The notes beneath the pieces were generated by a model. The model was given only the letters and a program-made list of their open reading frames with translations, ran no database searches and was not told the DNA's origin. A stretch of 64,000 bases of DNA from contig OZ024742.1 of assembly GCA_964016885.1 (NCBI GenBank), forward strand, positions 259,532,001 through 259,596,000, given 5' to 3'. The position numbers and the translations under genes are program-made. Position 1 is the stretch's first letter; the number at the start of each line of letters is the position of its first letter. Source of the DNA: Eledone cirrhosa (Eukaryota). Below are positions 24,181 through 38,015 of the stretch, piece by piece.

Positions 24181-24595
24181 AGATACATAGATGGATTGAT
24201 GGACATAGATAGATATGATGGAGATAGATAGATAAGCAGGCATGCCCCAAGAGTTTGGCAATCATCTATTTTCTTTGAGTCTGTATCGTGGAGGTAAACA
24301 AGGACATGTAACCAGTTCCTTTAATTGGGAATAGGTTACCAAGTTTAATTGCCCCTGAGGCGAATATTGAACTACTCAAGAAATCAATGCCAAATCACAG
24401 CAAGAATCTTTATAGAAGTTAGTGTTCCATGATAAAAAGGAAGTCAAATATGACCTGAAAGTGCCAGGCATGTATATATATATATATATATATATGTGTG
24501 CGTGTGTGTGTGTATTCATATATGTGTATATGTGTGTGCGCGCGTATATATATATATATATTTATGTGTGTGTGTGTGTGTGTGTGTGTGTATGC

Positions 24596-24626
<31 letters not shown>

Positions 24627-24855
24627 CAAATACACACACATATATATATATATATATATATGCATGTATATATATATATATATATATCCATATGTGTGTA
24701 TATATATATACATGAATATATATATGTATATATATGTGTGTGTGTGTGTATGTGTGTATGTGTGTGTGTGTGCATACATATATGTATATGTGTGTATATA
24801 TATGCTATATATGTGTATGTGTGTATGTATGTATGTATATATATATATATTTATA

Positions 24856-24927
<72 letters not shown>

Positions 24928-25077
24928 AAAATTTATCGATCAATATCTTCAATATCTCAGAATACATGATTATATATTCCGCCCACATATATGATGTTAA
25001 GACCCCTTGCTTTTCTAAACTATCTAAAATCCTCCATCTTTCTATATATATTTCTCATTCCCTCCTTCTCCTTCCTT

Positions 25078-25145
<68 letters not shown>

Positions 25146-26020
25146 CTTATCACCGCCACCATCTTCATTTCTCTCATTATTTATTTCTTCATCATTGTAT
25201 CACCGTTCATTTCTTCGTTTCACTAAGTCTCTCCACTAAACTCATATCTATTCTTTTGCTTTGACCTCTGCTCCCATCTGATGCCTGTCAAACCTACTTG
25301 TTTTTCTTTTTTCCTTATATTATTTATGCAATTCGAAGCATCAACAACAACAACAATAACAACAACAATGACTACAGTAAAAACTAATACTGCAGCTACT
25401 ATTGTAAAAAACAGAAACACAAGCTAGTATTGTAAAAACAACAAGAAGCTAATTTTGTAAAAATAACAATAATAATAACAGAATAAGCATGGACATGTCG
25501 GGATGCTTTACAACCAAATGGTTGTTGGTTCAATCTCTATGCGTGGTACCTTGTGCTTCTATTATAGCCTCGTATTGATCAACAAACACTTGTGTATGCA
25601 GGATTATCTACGACGGAGTTTTTGTAGAATAATGACACATGCAGTATGCTGGAATCTTATATCACTTTATATATTCACGACGATACACTGAACTTTCTGC
25701 CTATTACATTCCACAAACAACGCATTGGTTAACTAATGTGCAGAGAGCCATCGTGTATATATAAAATGATGTAAGATTCCAGAACACTGCCTTGTTCGTT
25801 ATTATTATACAAAACCTCGGTCGTAGATATACCTGCGTGAAAAGAGTTGGTTCATCAATGCGTATAACTTAGGAACAATAACGGGTTGACGAACACAAAC
25901 GGACCATATATGGGTGTGTGTGTGTGTGTGTAAATGTGTATAAAAATTATATATATACATATATATATGTATATATAAAGTATTTGTATATATATGTATA
26001 TATATAATATATGATATAAG

Positions 26021-26076
<56 letters not shown>

Positions 26077-26081
<5 letters not shown>

Positions 26082-26180
26082 GTGAGGTTTTTTTTACAAA
26101 ATGAAAAATAACCGAGCTGTCCTACACGAGTGAAAGTATAGAGGAAAAAAGATGAAATCGAAATTGCAACTGGAGTCTTC
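26077..26180 (+). repeat. Dispersed repeat (copy at 29181-29283)
   Basis: gaggttttttttt...gtcctacacg..tgaaagtata..ggaaaa...gcaactgg.gtctt at both loci, each directly after a dinucleotide microsatellite. Confidence 0.7.
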
Positions 26181-26264
26181 TGTTCAACTTAACTCAGTAC
26201 CTCTGAAATATGTATAATAAAATATACTTGATCACAAGAATATCTATTTTGTTAATATTTTGAA

Positions 26265-26363
<99 letters not shown>

Positions 26364-26487
26364 GTATAAACATATACAAATTAATATATATATAAGTATG
26401 TATACGTACATACATATATGTATACAGACTACAGTAGTATGTATATATACATATACATACATGCACACATAATAAGCTTGAAACTAG

Positions 26488-26765
26488 TACATCGTTCCTT
26501 TGTCAGTGTTGAACAAATGAGCAACGATGGTTACTAGACACTGTACGGCTTAATTCGGGATGTTTGTTTACAAACACACCGAGCATTATAATAAATGTTC
26601 GGTGAATCCATAATATACATATATATATGTGTGCATGTATGTATATATATATATATATACATACTACTGTACGTCTGTATACATATATGTATGTACGTAT
26701 ACATACTTATATTTAAGTAACAGCCGTACTAAGAGTGAGAAATGAAATTTCGTTTCATTTTTTCC
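26488..26765 (-). repeat. Inverted copy of 11255-11532, with a local partial inverted duplication at 26392-26470
   Basis: Direct reverse-complement comparison. Confidence 0.85.
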
Positions 26766-27005
26766 GTATATATATATATATATATGTTCATTCCTTCATT
26801 TTCATTCTATCCCTTTCAGTTCCTGTCCCTCTATCATTCTATCTTTACCTTTCTACTTTGTTCTCTCTGTGCCTTTCTCTTTTTCAAACACTCTCACACA
26901 CATGCACACTTAGAGAGAAACATACAAATAATCTCTCGATTATTTCCTCATATTTCTTACATTCATCTCCTCTGTCTACATTCATCTCCTCTGTAATCGT
27001 TTTCT

Positions 27006-27037
<32 letters not shown>

Positions 27038-27076
27038 ATTTCCATCTTTCTCTGTCTCTCTCACTCACTCACTAAC

Positions 27077-27157
<81 letters not shown>

Positions 27158-27182
27158 TTCCATCTTTCTCTGTCTCTCTCAC

Positions 27183-27221
<39 letters not shown>

Positions 27222-27312
27222 ATAGTGATTGTTTTTCTGTTTATCAATCTATTCTTCTATCTCTTTTATCTCAGCATCTATCGATCTTTCTAGCTTTCGT
27301 TTTTCTCTTGTG

Positions 27313-27417
<105 letters not shown>

Positions 27418-27419
27418 GG

Positions 27420-27710
27420 ATAGACGTAGATGTAATTTATTATTACGGCATAACTACGATGTTTCATCAAAGCGAGTGTTCTGTCAGCCCTTACAGTGGT
27501 CCCGTAGTAAATACAAGGATATCGACATTTTGGGACATTCTCATCAAAATCTCTGCTAAGGGCAAATATAACAGGACTGATATAGTTATTTGGAAAATAA
27601 AAGAAAAGATATGTCCTGGCAGAATGGTCAGCGGGTTAAATGATATCCTGACATAGAAGTCAAATAGTCAACTGATGTGAACATTTCTTCTAAAATCAGT
27701 CAAAATATGC
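27420..27710 (+). pseudogene. Old restriction-like-endonuclease retrotransposon remnant
   Basis: FWDILIKISAKGKYNRTDIVIWKIKEKIC...STDVNISSKISQ resembles the WD-x(10)-NRPD-I-V-x-C...P-x-D-x-N RLE motif. Confidence 0.55.
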
Positions 27711-28385
27711 ATGGCAAGTTCAACACCTCAGACAAGTTTTATTATACACATTTTTAGAGTAGACATCCGTTTGTTTCAAGATGAGTGTTCTACTTTTTCG
27801 ATCAACGGAAACCCATGCTCATTGAATCAACATCCAATTGGCTGAGCATTCCAGCGACATGTGTGGCCTGTATGGAATTTTCAAGGAAATTCAGTGTGAC
27901 AGTATGTGAGGAGAATGGCCTTTTTGAATACAGGTAGAGTCCATAAAACGGACTTCCAACCTGTCTCTCTCACGCCAATTTCACTCACCATGATGATGTT
28001 TGTCCAAAATGGTCTGCAGTTGAATTGAACCAGAGATCTAGTGATTAAGAAGTGAACTCTTTAACCCTTCGACTATGCTACGCATACATCTTAAGAAACT
28101 AAAGGTAGAACTGTACATACATTCATACACGTGTGTTGGAGCTTCGTCGGTTTAGGCGATGAGTATTCCAGTTGTTCGAACAATAATTCAGCCAGCCCGT
28201 AAAATTGACACACATGTAACCGAGCATTCCACAAGGACGTGCTCCATGAGTGTAGATTACAGGTGACAGGCCGTTCACTGTAACAAGGTTTACGATTTGT
28301 ATAACAGACACAACATATTTTTTTCTAGGTAACAGATCAGTAGCAACCTGAAATAAACCATGGACGTTCACGATATGTATATATA

Positions 28386-28515
<130 letters not shown>

Positions 28516-29105
28516 GCTCTAGAGTGTTACTTCTTGCATGTGACTTAGTACAACCTGTCTCATGGTCGGATCGTCGGCGACTAAACTGGCATCTCCACCA
28601 AGCTAGCTTGGTGAGTAGGGTGATATTTGTACACCCTGCGGGAGTGAAAGGCCCTCAGTTGTTGTCACACCACATTTCTAGGAGAGGGAAAAGCTGAAAA
28701 ACACCTGTGACTTCGGAAGCTTCCGATGATGTTGACCAGTTCTCCTTTTCGGGTAGTGTTTTAGTGGGATTGATTGAGTGCAAGGCCTTTCCCCACTTAA
28801 AAAAAACATCAAAGCAGGATACCTCACAGGTACATGTGCCTGGCGGTAGCCTAAAAGTGCACCAAACTCTACAACAATCTAACAAGCGATTTCATTACTT
28901 TTAGCAGAGTTTGAAGCCATCATATATATATAATTGTTTCTACTTTAGGCACAAGGCCAGCAATTACCCAGTGCATATATATAATGTGTGTTTGAGAGTT
29001 CTCAAAACCTTAGTAGAGATTAATATATTCTTTATTGAGACTAAACTTCAGTTTAGTTACTCAAAGAGATATCAGACAAACTTGACCGTAATAAAGTATA
29101 TATAA

Positions 29106-29182
<77 letters not shown>

Positions 29183-29644
29183 AAAAGAGGTTTTTTTTTA
29201 GAAAAAAAGAACAAAAAAAGTTGAGATGTCCTACACGGATGAAAGTATAAGGAAAAGAAATTGAAAATGCAACTGGGGTCTTTTAAGAATATTTATTTAT
29301 TTACTTTACTGGTTTCACAGTTCTTATGATTTTCAAAAGCAAAAATTAGATGGAGGGTTTGTGTTTCTGTTGTGGTTTGTCTCGCGAGACAACAGTTGTA
29401 TTTTCAATTTCTTTTCCTTATATATATGTGTGGTGGGGAGGGGTTGTGTCTGCGTGTGTGTTTGTGTGATGTGTGTGTGTATATGTGTGTAGAGAGAGAG
29501 AAAGAGAGAGCTACTTGTTCGTCTGCGTCCACCAATAGCTTTCGTTCTTTCTGAGATAATATCAATACTTGTTCTTTCACATCCTTTATCTCCTACAATC
29601 TACTTCTCACGTGTTTCCCGTTGTCTCTTCACTTTATTCTCTCT

Positions 29645-29753
<109 letters not shown>

Positions 29754-30306
29754 TTCTCTCTCTCTCTCTGCATGTACGCTAAAGCATTACTTTTTTTATT
29801 CAAGATTTCCAGTTGGAAATCGATAGTTTACATTTGTTCCTGACTTTTTCAATCAAACAAACCACAAAAAAACTATCCGCAGAGTTCAATGTATGTTTCC
29901 CTTTATAAATCTTTCTTTTCTCTTTTATTGTGTTTGGATATCGAGAAGTGTGTGTACATACTTTCTCTATTGAATCTGTAGATTTCTTCTTCCTATTTCA
30001 CCATTTGTTTGTTTCGTTGCCTTGTTGACTGGTTGGGTTGCTGGTTACTTGGTTGGTTAGTTGGTTGGTTGGTTCGTTCGTTTCGTTTTCTGTCTATTTA
30101 GTTGGTTGGCTAGTTGATTAGTTGTCTGTTTAGTTGGTTGGCTGGTTGTTTTTTATATACTCATTTATCCTTTCATTAGTTTGTTTGTTTCGATCAGGAA
30201 ACTGCGGCCATGCTGGTGAGTCACCTAGATTTAGTCGCTCATATTGACCTGGAAACAATTTATGTGTGCGACTGTGTAAGCGCGTATATATGTAGAAATG
30301 CATATC

Positions 30307-30420
<114 letters not shown>

Positions 30421-31853
30421 TGTGCGTGTGTGTATGAGTGAGGAAATGGATCCTAGCCATGCTACTGCTCAATTGGCTCTGGACTGGACCAATATATCTG
30501 TGAAACCTCCTTCTTAACTAAACAGGTATGCCTCTAGTCTACCTCAATGTAACATAACTACTACACCACTTCTTTTGTCGGTTCCCTATGAGAGAAGATT
30601 TACAAAGTTTATAACAGAAGTTCCAGAAACAACACTTGCAGTAATCCCTTTCCGACTATATGACACATAACTTTACTTAATGTCCAGGCATAGAATTTGC
30701 AAAGAGTAAACCCGCTCTGGCCTTATGATGAGTAGCCTTATTTGATGTGGACATAGTATGGCTGAATGGTACAAGGTTTGTTTCGCAATCAATAGGTTGA
30801 GGCTTACGGTTATTTAACATAGGCTCATGTAGCCTTGTAGATGAAATTATGTAGAAAGAAATTGTTTGGACATCCATTGGATTGGATCTGTTTATTAACC
30901 AAATGGTTTTGACAAGTTTTGTTACACACTGCTACGCTGAATCCCTGTAAGAATTATGTTGAATGTTGATGATGTACGTGTTTGTGAAAATAACAGCCAC
31001 TTACACTACAATGCAAGATGGACTGTATCTGCAATTGCCACATAGAGTGTTGCGCTGTTTCTCTATGTGAATTAGGGTACAGATAAACATGTCAGACGAG
31101 TACTATGATATTTAAGAGCCAACTTCACGAGCAGACTCTTCCATTGATCAGATAAATGGATATTATAATGTCGAAACTGACTGTGCTCTATTCCATTCCA
31201 CCCTGATCAATTAACGCATGATATTTAGTAATTACTGGTATTCTCTGACTTCCTATCTCAAAGGTACATATAAGGGTACATCGGTCGTCGTATTAGAATC
31301 GGAATCGGGTCACGAACTCATTCCGCATTAATTTTTCCACGGCACCAAGATGGCCAACAATGGCAATAAATAACGGATCATTAGAGATATGAGAATGTTT
31401 CACTCTCGCCCATTTAGCTATCAGTTTTACTTGATTATGCGCACAGACACGTGCACATATACACACATACACAGACACACACACACACTCATGTGCACAT
31501 ATACACACATTCAAACACACACAACACATATATATACACACATTCACAGACACACACACACACATATATATACACGCATTTACATTCACATACACACATA
31601 CACACACACATACACCCACGTGTGTGTCTGTGGTGTGTACTATATTTTTTTATATTATTTCTGTTCATATATTTGGGGATATCAAGACGTGAGCAATAAA
31701 TTTAAACTAACAACGTTTACATCGATATCAGAGCTAGGATTCGCTCCATTTTGTTTGTTTATATGCAGCGTTAGATGTATATGTATCTGTGCGTAAACAC
31801 ACACGTATATATGCATACATGCACACGCACACACACCCACATGTGCACACACG

Positions 31854-31903
<50 letters not shown>

Positions 31904-32397
31904 GGGTGTAAGCATGTTTTATACATACATATATATATATGTATGTCTATATGTATGTATACATGTATATGCAACAGTTAATATCCAACATAATACCAAA
32001 AAGTGCCCAAGAAATGATCAATTCATATATAAATTATAACCCTGTGTCTCCATCATTTGGAGAGAAAGAGAAGGATAGCTGGGCTGATTTGACCAATATT
32101 ATTAATAATGACTCTTTCCTTCAAGATTTAGAGGGAGAGAGTAAATATGGGCTGAGCAAAACGACAGTGATAACAATAAGGCATGCCACCAGCACTAAGA
32201 GAGAAGTTTGAACGACTGTGGGGTCATGAAAACACAACATACATTTAACTTCGTGTTGGTATTTATAAGTATATTTTGGATATTTAATGTTTGGATAAAA
32301 ATACGTACGTTTCTATGTGTGTACCTATCAGTGAATGTATACATGTATATATGGCTTGTTATGTTGGGTGAGTTTGAGTCAGTGCATATATATATAT

Positions 32398-33960
32398 AAT
32401 GGAAAAATTTGAACAGGGACAAAACAGAGAGGCAGTACAATAAATGTTTATTAATTTCACGCTCAGGAGAGTGGGGGTAGGTGGGGGACGACGTTTCGGG
32501 CATAAGCCCTTCCTCAGGTGAGAAGTGTGTGGGAACAGAGTTCAAAAGGTGTGTAGGGGAGTGGTGGAGAGACATATAGCGAAAGGAAAGGGTGCGAATG
32601 AAAAAAAACAAATAAAGATAAAAAATAAAAATAAAGCATGATCAAAATACAAGGAATGAGAAAATTTAAAAATAAAGGCATGATCAAAATAAACTGAAAT
32701 TAAAAGGGGGGTAAACAGGTGGTGGAAGGGTGTGGGGTGAGCAGGGGTGGTGGCGGGTGGAGTGGGGAGAGGGAGACGGGGTGTCCGAGCGGGGAGGGCT
32801 GAAGGTGGTGTGTGTGTGTAGGTGTGCGTGTGTGTGTGTGTGTGGGTATGTGAAAGTAAGGGTTGGGGGAAGAACGGGGTTGCATGTTCAGGAAGAGGTG
32901 TGTGTGTGGGGGGGGTCGGAGTGTCTGTGCGTGTGTGGATAGGGGGGGGAGAGGAATCAGGAGGCTGAGGGTGTAAATATGTGGTGGGAAGCACGTGTGT
33001 GTGGGGTTTAAGCGTGTTGTGGGTGTGGGTGGCGTGTGGAGAAAAAAAAATTTTAGGGGTGTGTGTGTGGGTGAGTTATATAGGTGATTACGTAAGAGGA
33101 TGGTTGAAAAGTTGGTAAGTTCCAAGGATGTTTAGTGGATTGGTTGTAAGTCAAATTCTGCGTGTGGGTAATCCATGAAGCGGTGGTCGGAAGAGGAGAG
33201 ATGTGGGGTGCGCGCGCAACAGGAAGTGGTCAGCAGTGGGAGTGCTGTGGTCTGTTAGTGCTGGGAGGTGGTCAGATGGCATAGCAGCAGTCGGTGGAAT
33301 GGTAAGGGGGCGAGGATGGGTAGGTGTGAAAGTTGGAGTGAGGAGGGTGTGTGTGTGTGTGTGTGTATTAGTAGGGGTGTTAGTGGGATGAGTGAGTGTG
33401 GAGCGAGGGTGAGGGTGGAGCGGGGAGAGAGAAGGGTGTGTGTGGTTCTATGGAGGGAGTGTGGTGTACTGGTGTGTGTGTAGTTTGATGAAGAGGTGTT
33501 AGTGGGTGTTAGTATACGGGAGGTGGGGAGGGGTTGAATGCAGGTGTGAGTGGGCGTTAGTGGTGGTAGGGTGTGTAGAGTTGGTGGTGTACGAGGGTGT
33601 GTGTGGTTCTATGGAGGGAGTGTGGTGTACTGGTGTGTGTGTAGTTTGATGAAGAGGTGTTAGTGGGTGTTAGTATACGGGAGGTGGGAGGGGTTGAATG
33701 CAGGTGTGAGTGGGCGTTAGTGGTGGTAGGGTGTGTAGAGTTGGTGGTGTACGAGGGTGTGTGGGTACGTGTGCGTGGGGTTGGGGGTGTTAGGGATGTT
33801 AGTTGCGTGTGGGTGGGTGGTGTAAGTGGGTGCGTGTGTTCGTGTGCTTGGGGTTAGGGGTTGTTAGTGAGGTTAGTTGCGGGGTGGTGGGATGGAGGTG
33901 TGGGGGTGAGAGGTGTGGGGGTGAGGGTGAGGGTTAGTGGTGGTAGTAGATAGGTGAAAT
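32398..33960 (-). mobile_element. C/A-rich hammerhead-containing element (Penelope-like, non-coding remnant)
   Basis: Hammerhead at 32487-32520; 3' flank homologous to 43930-44020; internal ~162-bp tandem duplication at 33433-33762; short TA runs on both sides. Confidence 0.55.
32487..32520 (-). ncRNA. Minimal hammerhead-like motif
   Basis: CUGAGGA-AGGGCuuauGCCC-GAAA-CG-UC with palindromic stem III ACGU; stem I is only ~2 bp. Confidence 0.55.
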
Positions 33961-34135
33961 ATATATAAGTAGCTGTCATCCTTAATTATGTTGAATTAAA
34001 TTATTTTACTAGATTTCGTGTGGAATTCCTAATCAGATGTTTCACCAGTGTATAATGATATGTATATATATGCTCATCTCGAATTTTGTTTATCGTGAAC
34101 TCGTGCGCCGATTTTTCGATACTCGATTATTCTAC

Positions 34136-34170
<35 letters not shown>

Positions 34171-34190
34171 AAATATATATATATATATAA

Positions 34191-34233
<43 letters not shown>

Positions 34234-34363
34234 TAAAGTTATATTTAAAATTGTTGGGTTACAACTAGTAAATATTTATAACTGATATAAAAGCACTCGA
34301 CAAATGAAGTTGATGTTTATTACGGTATGTCGAATATATTTATCTATAAAACTGTTTATATTG

Positions 34364-34429
34364 TATTTTGTCTGATGAAGGCATAGCATATTGTTAATAT
34401 GATATCCCCGAAATATATATAATGAAATA
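34364..34429 (+). ncRNA. Type I hammerhead ribozyme
   Basis: UAUUUUGU-CUGAUGA-[long stem II with CAUAUU/AAUAUG]-GAAA-UAUAUA-UA-AUGAAAUA; 8-bp stem I with two G-U pairs. Confidence 0.7.
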
Positions 34430-34462
34430 AATATGGTTTTATAAATATAGTTTTCCATTTAT

Positions 34463-34511
<49 letters not shown>

Positions 34512-34774
34512 CTTTCATGTTTATCCTTATTATTAATTTCATTTATTTTTATTTTTATTTTTATTTTTATTTTTATTTTTATTTTTATTTTTATTTATTT
34601 TTTTTTACTTCACATCCACCAATAACCCCCCCCCCCCTTTATTCTCCGATTCACTTACTTAATATCTTCAATTTCCATTTTTACTTCCCTATTTCCTTCA
34701 CTAACTGCTTATACAGGTCACTTGCGTTTTCCACTCCAGATATTTTTTATTTTTATTTTTATTTTTTATTTCCT

Positions 34775-35032
34775 ATTTTTTATTTTTTATTTTTTATTTT
34801 TTATTTTTTATTTTTTATTTTTTATTTTTTATTTTTTATTTTTTATTTTTTATTTTTTATTTTTTATTTTTTATTTTTTATTTTTTATTTTTTATTTTTT
34901 ATTTTTTATTTTTTATTTTTTATTTTTTATTTTTTATTTTTTATTTTTTATTTTTTATTTTTTATTTTTTATTTTTTATTTTTTATTTTTTATTTTTTAT
35001 TTTTTATTTTTTATTTTTTATTTTTTATTTTT
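34775..35032. repeat. (TTTTTTA)n heptamer array
   Basis: Direct reading; a (TTTTTA)n hexamer array lies at ~34545-34600. Confidence 0.95.
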
Positions 35033-35875
35033 GCGCAGCCAATCTTACAATTTTATATTTGTACTTACTTATCCACAAGTTTTTTACACCCTGTATCTAT
35101 GTGTCTGAACGCCTTAATGTGTGTATACTTTCTATATATGTACATGAGCGCCTATGTATGTGCGCGCGCGTGCGTGTATATATATATATGTATGTGTATG
35201 TGTATGTGTCTTTATATCCGTATTTTTACATCCAGGTTTTATGTTTTGTTTCTTTTTTCTTGTCCCCTTTTTTTACATCCTCATTTTTATGCGTGTGCAT
35301 TAAAACAGGTCAATATGCGTGAGTGTAAGTATGTGTGTGTGTGTGTGTACGTATCGAACGTATGGATGTGTAAGTGTGCGTGTGTATATAAGCATGTATA
35401 CTTTTGCGTTTCTTTTGTGAGATATACGTGTGTGTGTATGCGTGTACCTTGTTTGTCTTCTTTTCTTTAATTTTTTCTTTCTAAATTATTGTTCCATTTT
35501 TATAAATATATCGAGATTGATACTTTCCTTTAATTATTACACTCCCTTACCTCTTTTACTTCCGCATATAAGTGTACGTGTGTGTAGGTGTGTTTATGCG
35601 CGTGTCTTCATATTCTTATGATGTATCTATTCTGTCTGTAGATTACAGATACACAGATACATTTGCCCTAAATTATATATTTACGCACACTTTTTCACTA
35701 TACGTATACATATGTGCATACACATATATGCACATCTGTGAGCGTATATACATACATATACACACACCTAACTATATTTCTTGAAAGATTTTTATATATT
35801 TCATATTCTAATTCATTTGTCTATATTTTTTTGCTTTTCTTGATGAGACTTTCCAAGTATTTACCCATGTTTTAT

Positions 35876-35953
35876 ATTGCCTCGTCTGACGAACGAATGA
35901 AGACGTTTCTTTCGTATTCGCCTCATTCGGGAAACTTCTGGTAATGAGGTAAT
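35876..35953 (+). ncRNA. Type I hammerhead ribozyme
   Basis: AUUGCCUCGU-CUGACGA-aCGAAUGA...UCAUUCGg-GAAA-Cuucu(g)G-UA-AUGAGGUAAU; 10-bp stem I, 7-bp stem II, GUA cleavage triplet. Confidence 0.8.
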
Positions 35954-36050
35954 TATATTGTATTGATTTTTATACATAAAATTTTGCTCTGGTACTTACA
36001 TAGAGCGCTCTTCACTTCTATGACCTTTTCTGTTTTCAACGGAAATTTCA

Positions 36051-36151
<101 letters not shown>

Positions 36152-36213
36152 TATATATACATATATATATGTATATATATGTAAATATATATATGTATAT
36201 ATATGTGTGTATG

Positions 36214-36305
<92 letters not shown>

Positions 36306-36473
36306 TATATGTATATATATATATATATATATATGTGTGTAAATATATATATATATATTAATAAGAGGAATTCCAACTTTGTCTGATTTACTCGTTTTAT
36401 TTACAATCCTTTAAGATTTATAATGGTATTATAATGAAATAGTATGATAGAATATTAAATGTTAAGTGTTAAT

Positions 36474-36512
36474 TGAACAAGTACTTTCATGCTTTCGCAA
36501 TCTTCAGGTTCA
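36474..36512 (-). ncRNA. Minimal type I hammerhead ribozyme
   Basis: Identical to 8647-8685. Confidence 0.75.
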
Positions 36513-36602
36513 TAATGTGTGGTGACAGTCAAGTTTGCATTTTTCAACTGTTGCAAATTCAACACAGTTGAAAATTGCAAACTTGACTGTCACCACACAT
36601 TA

Positions 36603-36641
36603 TGAACCTGAAGATTGCGAAAGCATGAAAGTACTTGTTCA
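36603..36641 (+). ncRNA. Minimal type I hammerhead ribozyme
   Basis: tgaac ctgaaga ttgcgaaagcat gaaa gtac tt gttca. Confidence 0.75.
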
Positions 36642-36807
36642 ATTAACACTTAACATTTAATATTCTATCATACTATTTCATTATAATACCATTATAAATC
36701 TTAAAGGATTGTAAATAAAACGAGTAAATCAGACAAAGTTGGAATTCCTCTTATTAATATAATCTTCTATACACAATCATACACACCCGTGTATATTTAT
36801 CTATCTA

Positions 36808-36893
<86 letters not shown>

Positions 36894-37759
36894 AGGAGTG
36901 AAGAATAACATGGTCAACGGTACAAAAAGGGTTTTATTTACAGTATTAACAATTGTTTCATTGATAAGGGTGCCTAAAGATTGCTAATCACTTGAAGTTG
37001 TGTCACTTAATCTTAAATACAGTGTATGCCTTATCAAATTATCTGAATAACTCGCCACCTAACTAAGGAAACCTCTTGTTGAGTCAAACAACGCCGTATG
37101 TTAAAACTATCCACAATACAGAGTACTCACAACCTCTAACTGGATTACCTATAACGATAATTTGTTATCCCATATATATATATGATGGGGAAAATATATT
37201 ATTGGGTTTGGGTCACGAATGATCATGGGTTCTCTATCTTGATACTTTTCCTCCGAGGCACATGTCGAGGCTTATTTTTTTGTGGAAGATTAGCAGTCGT
37301 TCATACATACCAGTCTCCCCCTCTCCACGTAACTAATGTTGGCTGAGGGAAAGGCAAAGGCCCATACCTCCTGGCACCAGAGGAAATTTTACCTCAATTT
37401 TACAGCTGAGCAACCTGAAATAAAGTGTCGATATACGCACACTTACAGATATATATGCATTATATACACGCATATACACAGAGACAAAGAAAAACACAAT
37501 TCAACAATATACTGGTATAAAGATTGAATTAAACGATAATTATGTCTTAACGTTTCTGGTGCAATTCCTTCGTTGGACTTGAAAGCTAAATGAGCTAATC
37601 AGAGAAAAAACATCGTACAACCATTATTGATAATGTTTTTGGATATAGAGTAACAATATTTATATAATTGATTTCACTGAGTAGTCTGTTCCATGTTACG
37701 CAGTCAGCCCGACGGCATAATAAAGTCTGCTCTTATGCGTGCGTTGGGCTTTCACCGGT

Positions 37760-38015
37760 TGAGAAGACGAGTGTTCTGTTTGTTTTGTAAATTGAACAGA
37801 CTGCACGTAAAATTAACGTGCAAGTGTCTGAACATTCCATAGGCTAGTGTATCCTTAAAGTCGTCCTCAGCTAGATTCGCCCTGATGCAATGTGACAAAT
37901 CTGGCCCTTTCAATTACGAAGTAAAGCTCATTTTTGCCTAGCAGATTGAACTGGAACAACGTTGAACTCTCGAGATTATGACCGTAAGCCGAACACTCTA
38001 ACCACTATGCCACTC
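37760..38015 (-). mobile_element. SINE family B (diverged)
   Basis: Reverse complement of the family B head (gtggcatagtggttagagtgttcggcttacgg) and body (gcacgttaattttacg). Confidence 0.6.

Larger units (their letters stand above)
36354..36761. repeat. Near-perfect palindrome: 198-bp arms, 12-nt loop
   Basis: 36354-36551 is the reverse complement of 36564-36761; one mismatch seen near the loop. Confidence 0.95.

Noticed and set aside
30198-30215. Apparent 18-nt microexon (cag|gaaactgcggccatgctg|gtgagt)
   Set aside because: ctgcggccatgctgg...ttagtcg looks like part of a decayed SINE end, so the splice match is probably incidental.
31939-32211. 90-aa ORF with a non-repetitive C-terminal part
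   Set aside because: No recognisable motif; starts in a microsatellite; likely a TE relic or chance.
34517-35470. 317-aa FYFLFFI ORF
   Set aside because: Translation of the (TTTTTTA)n array.
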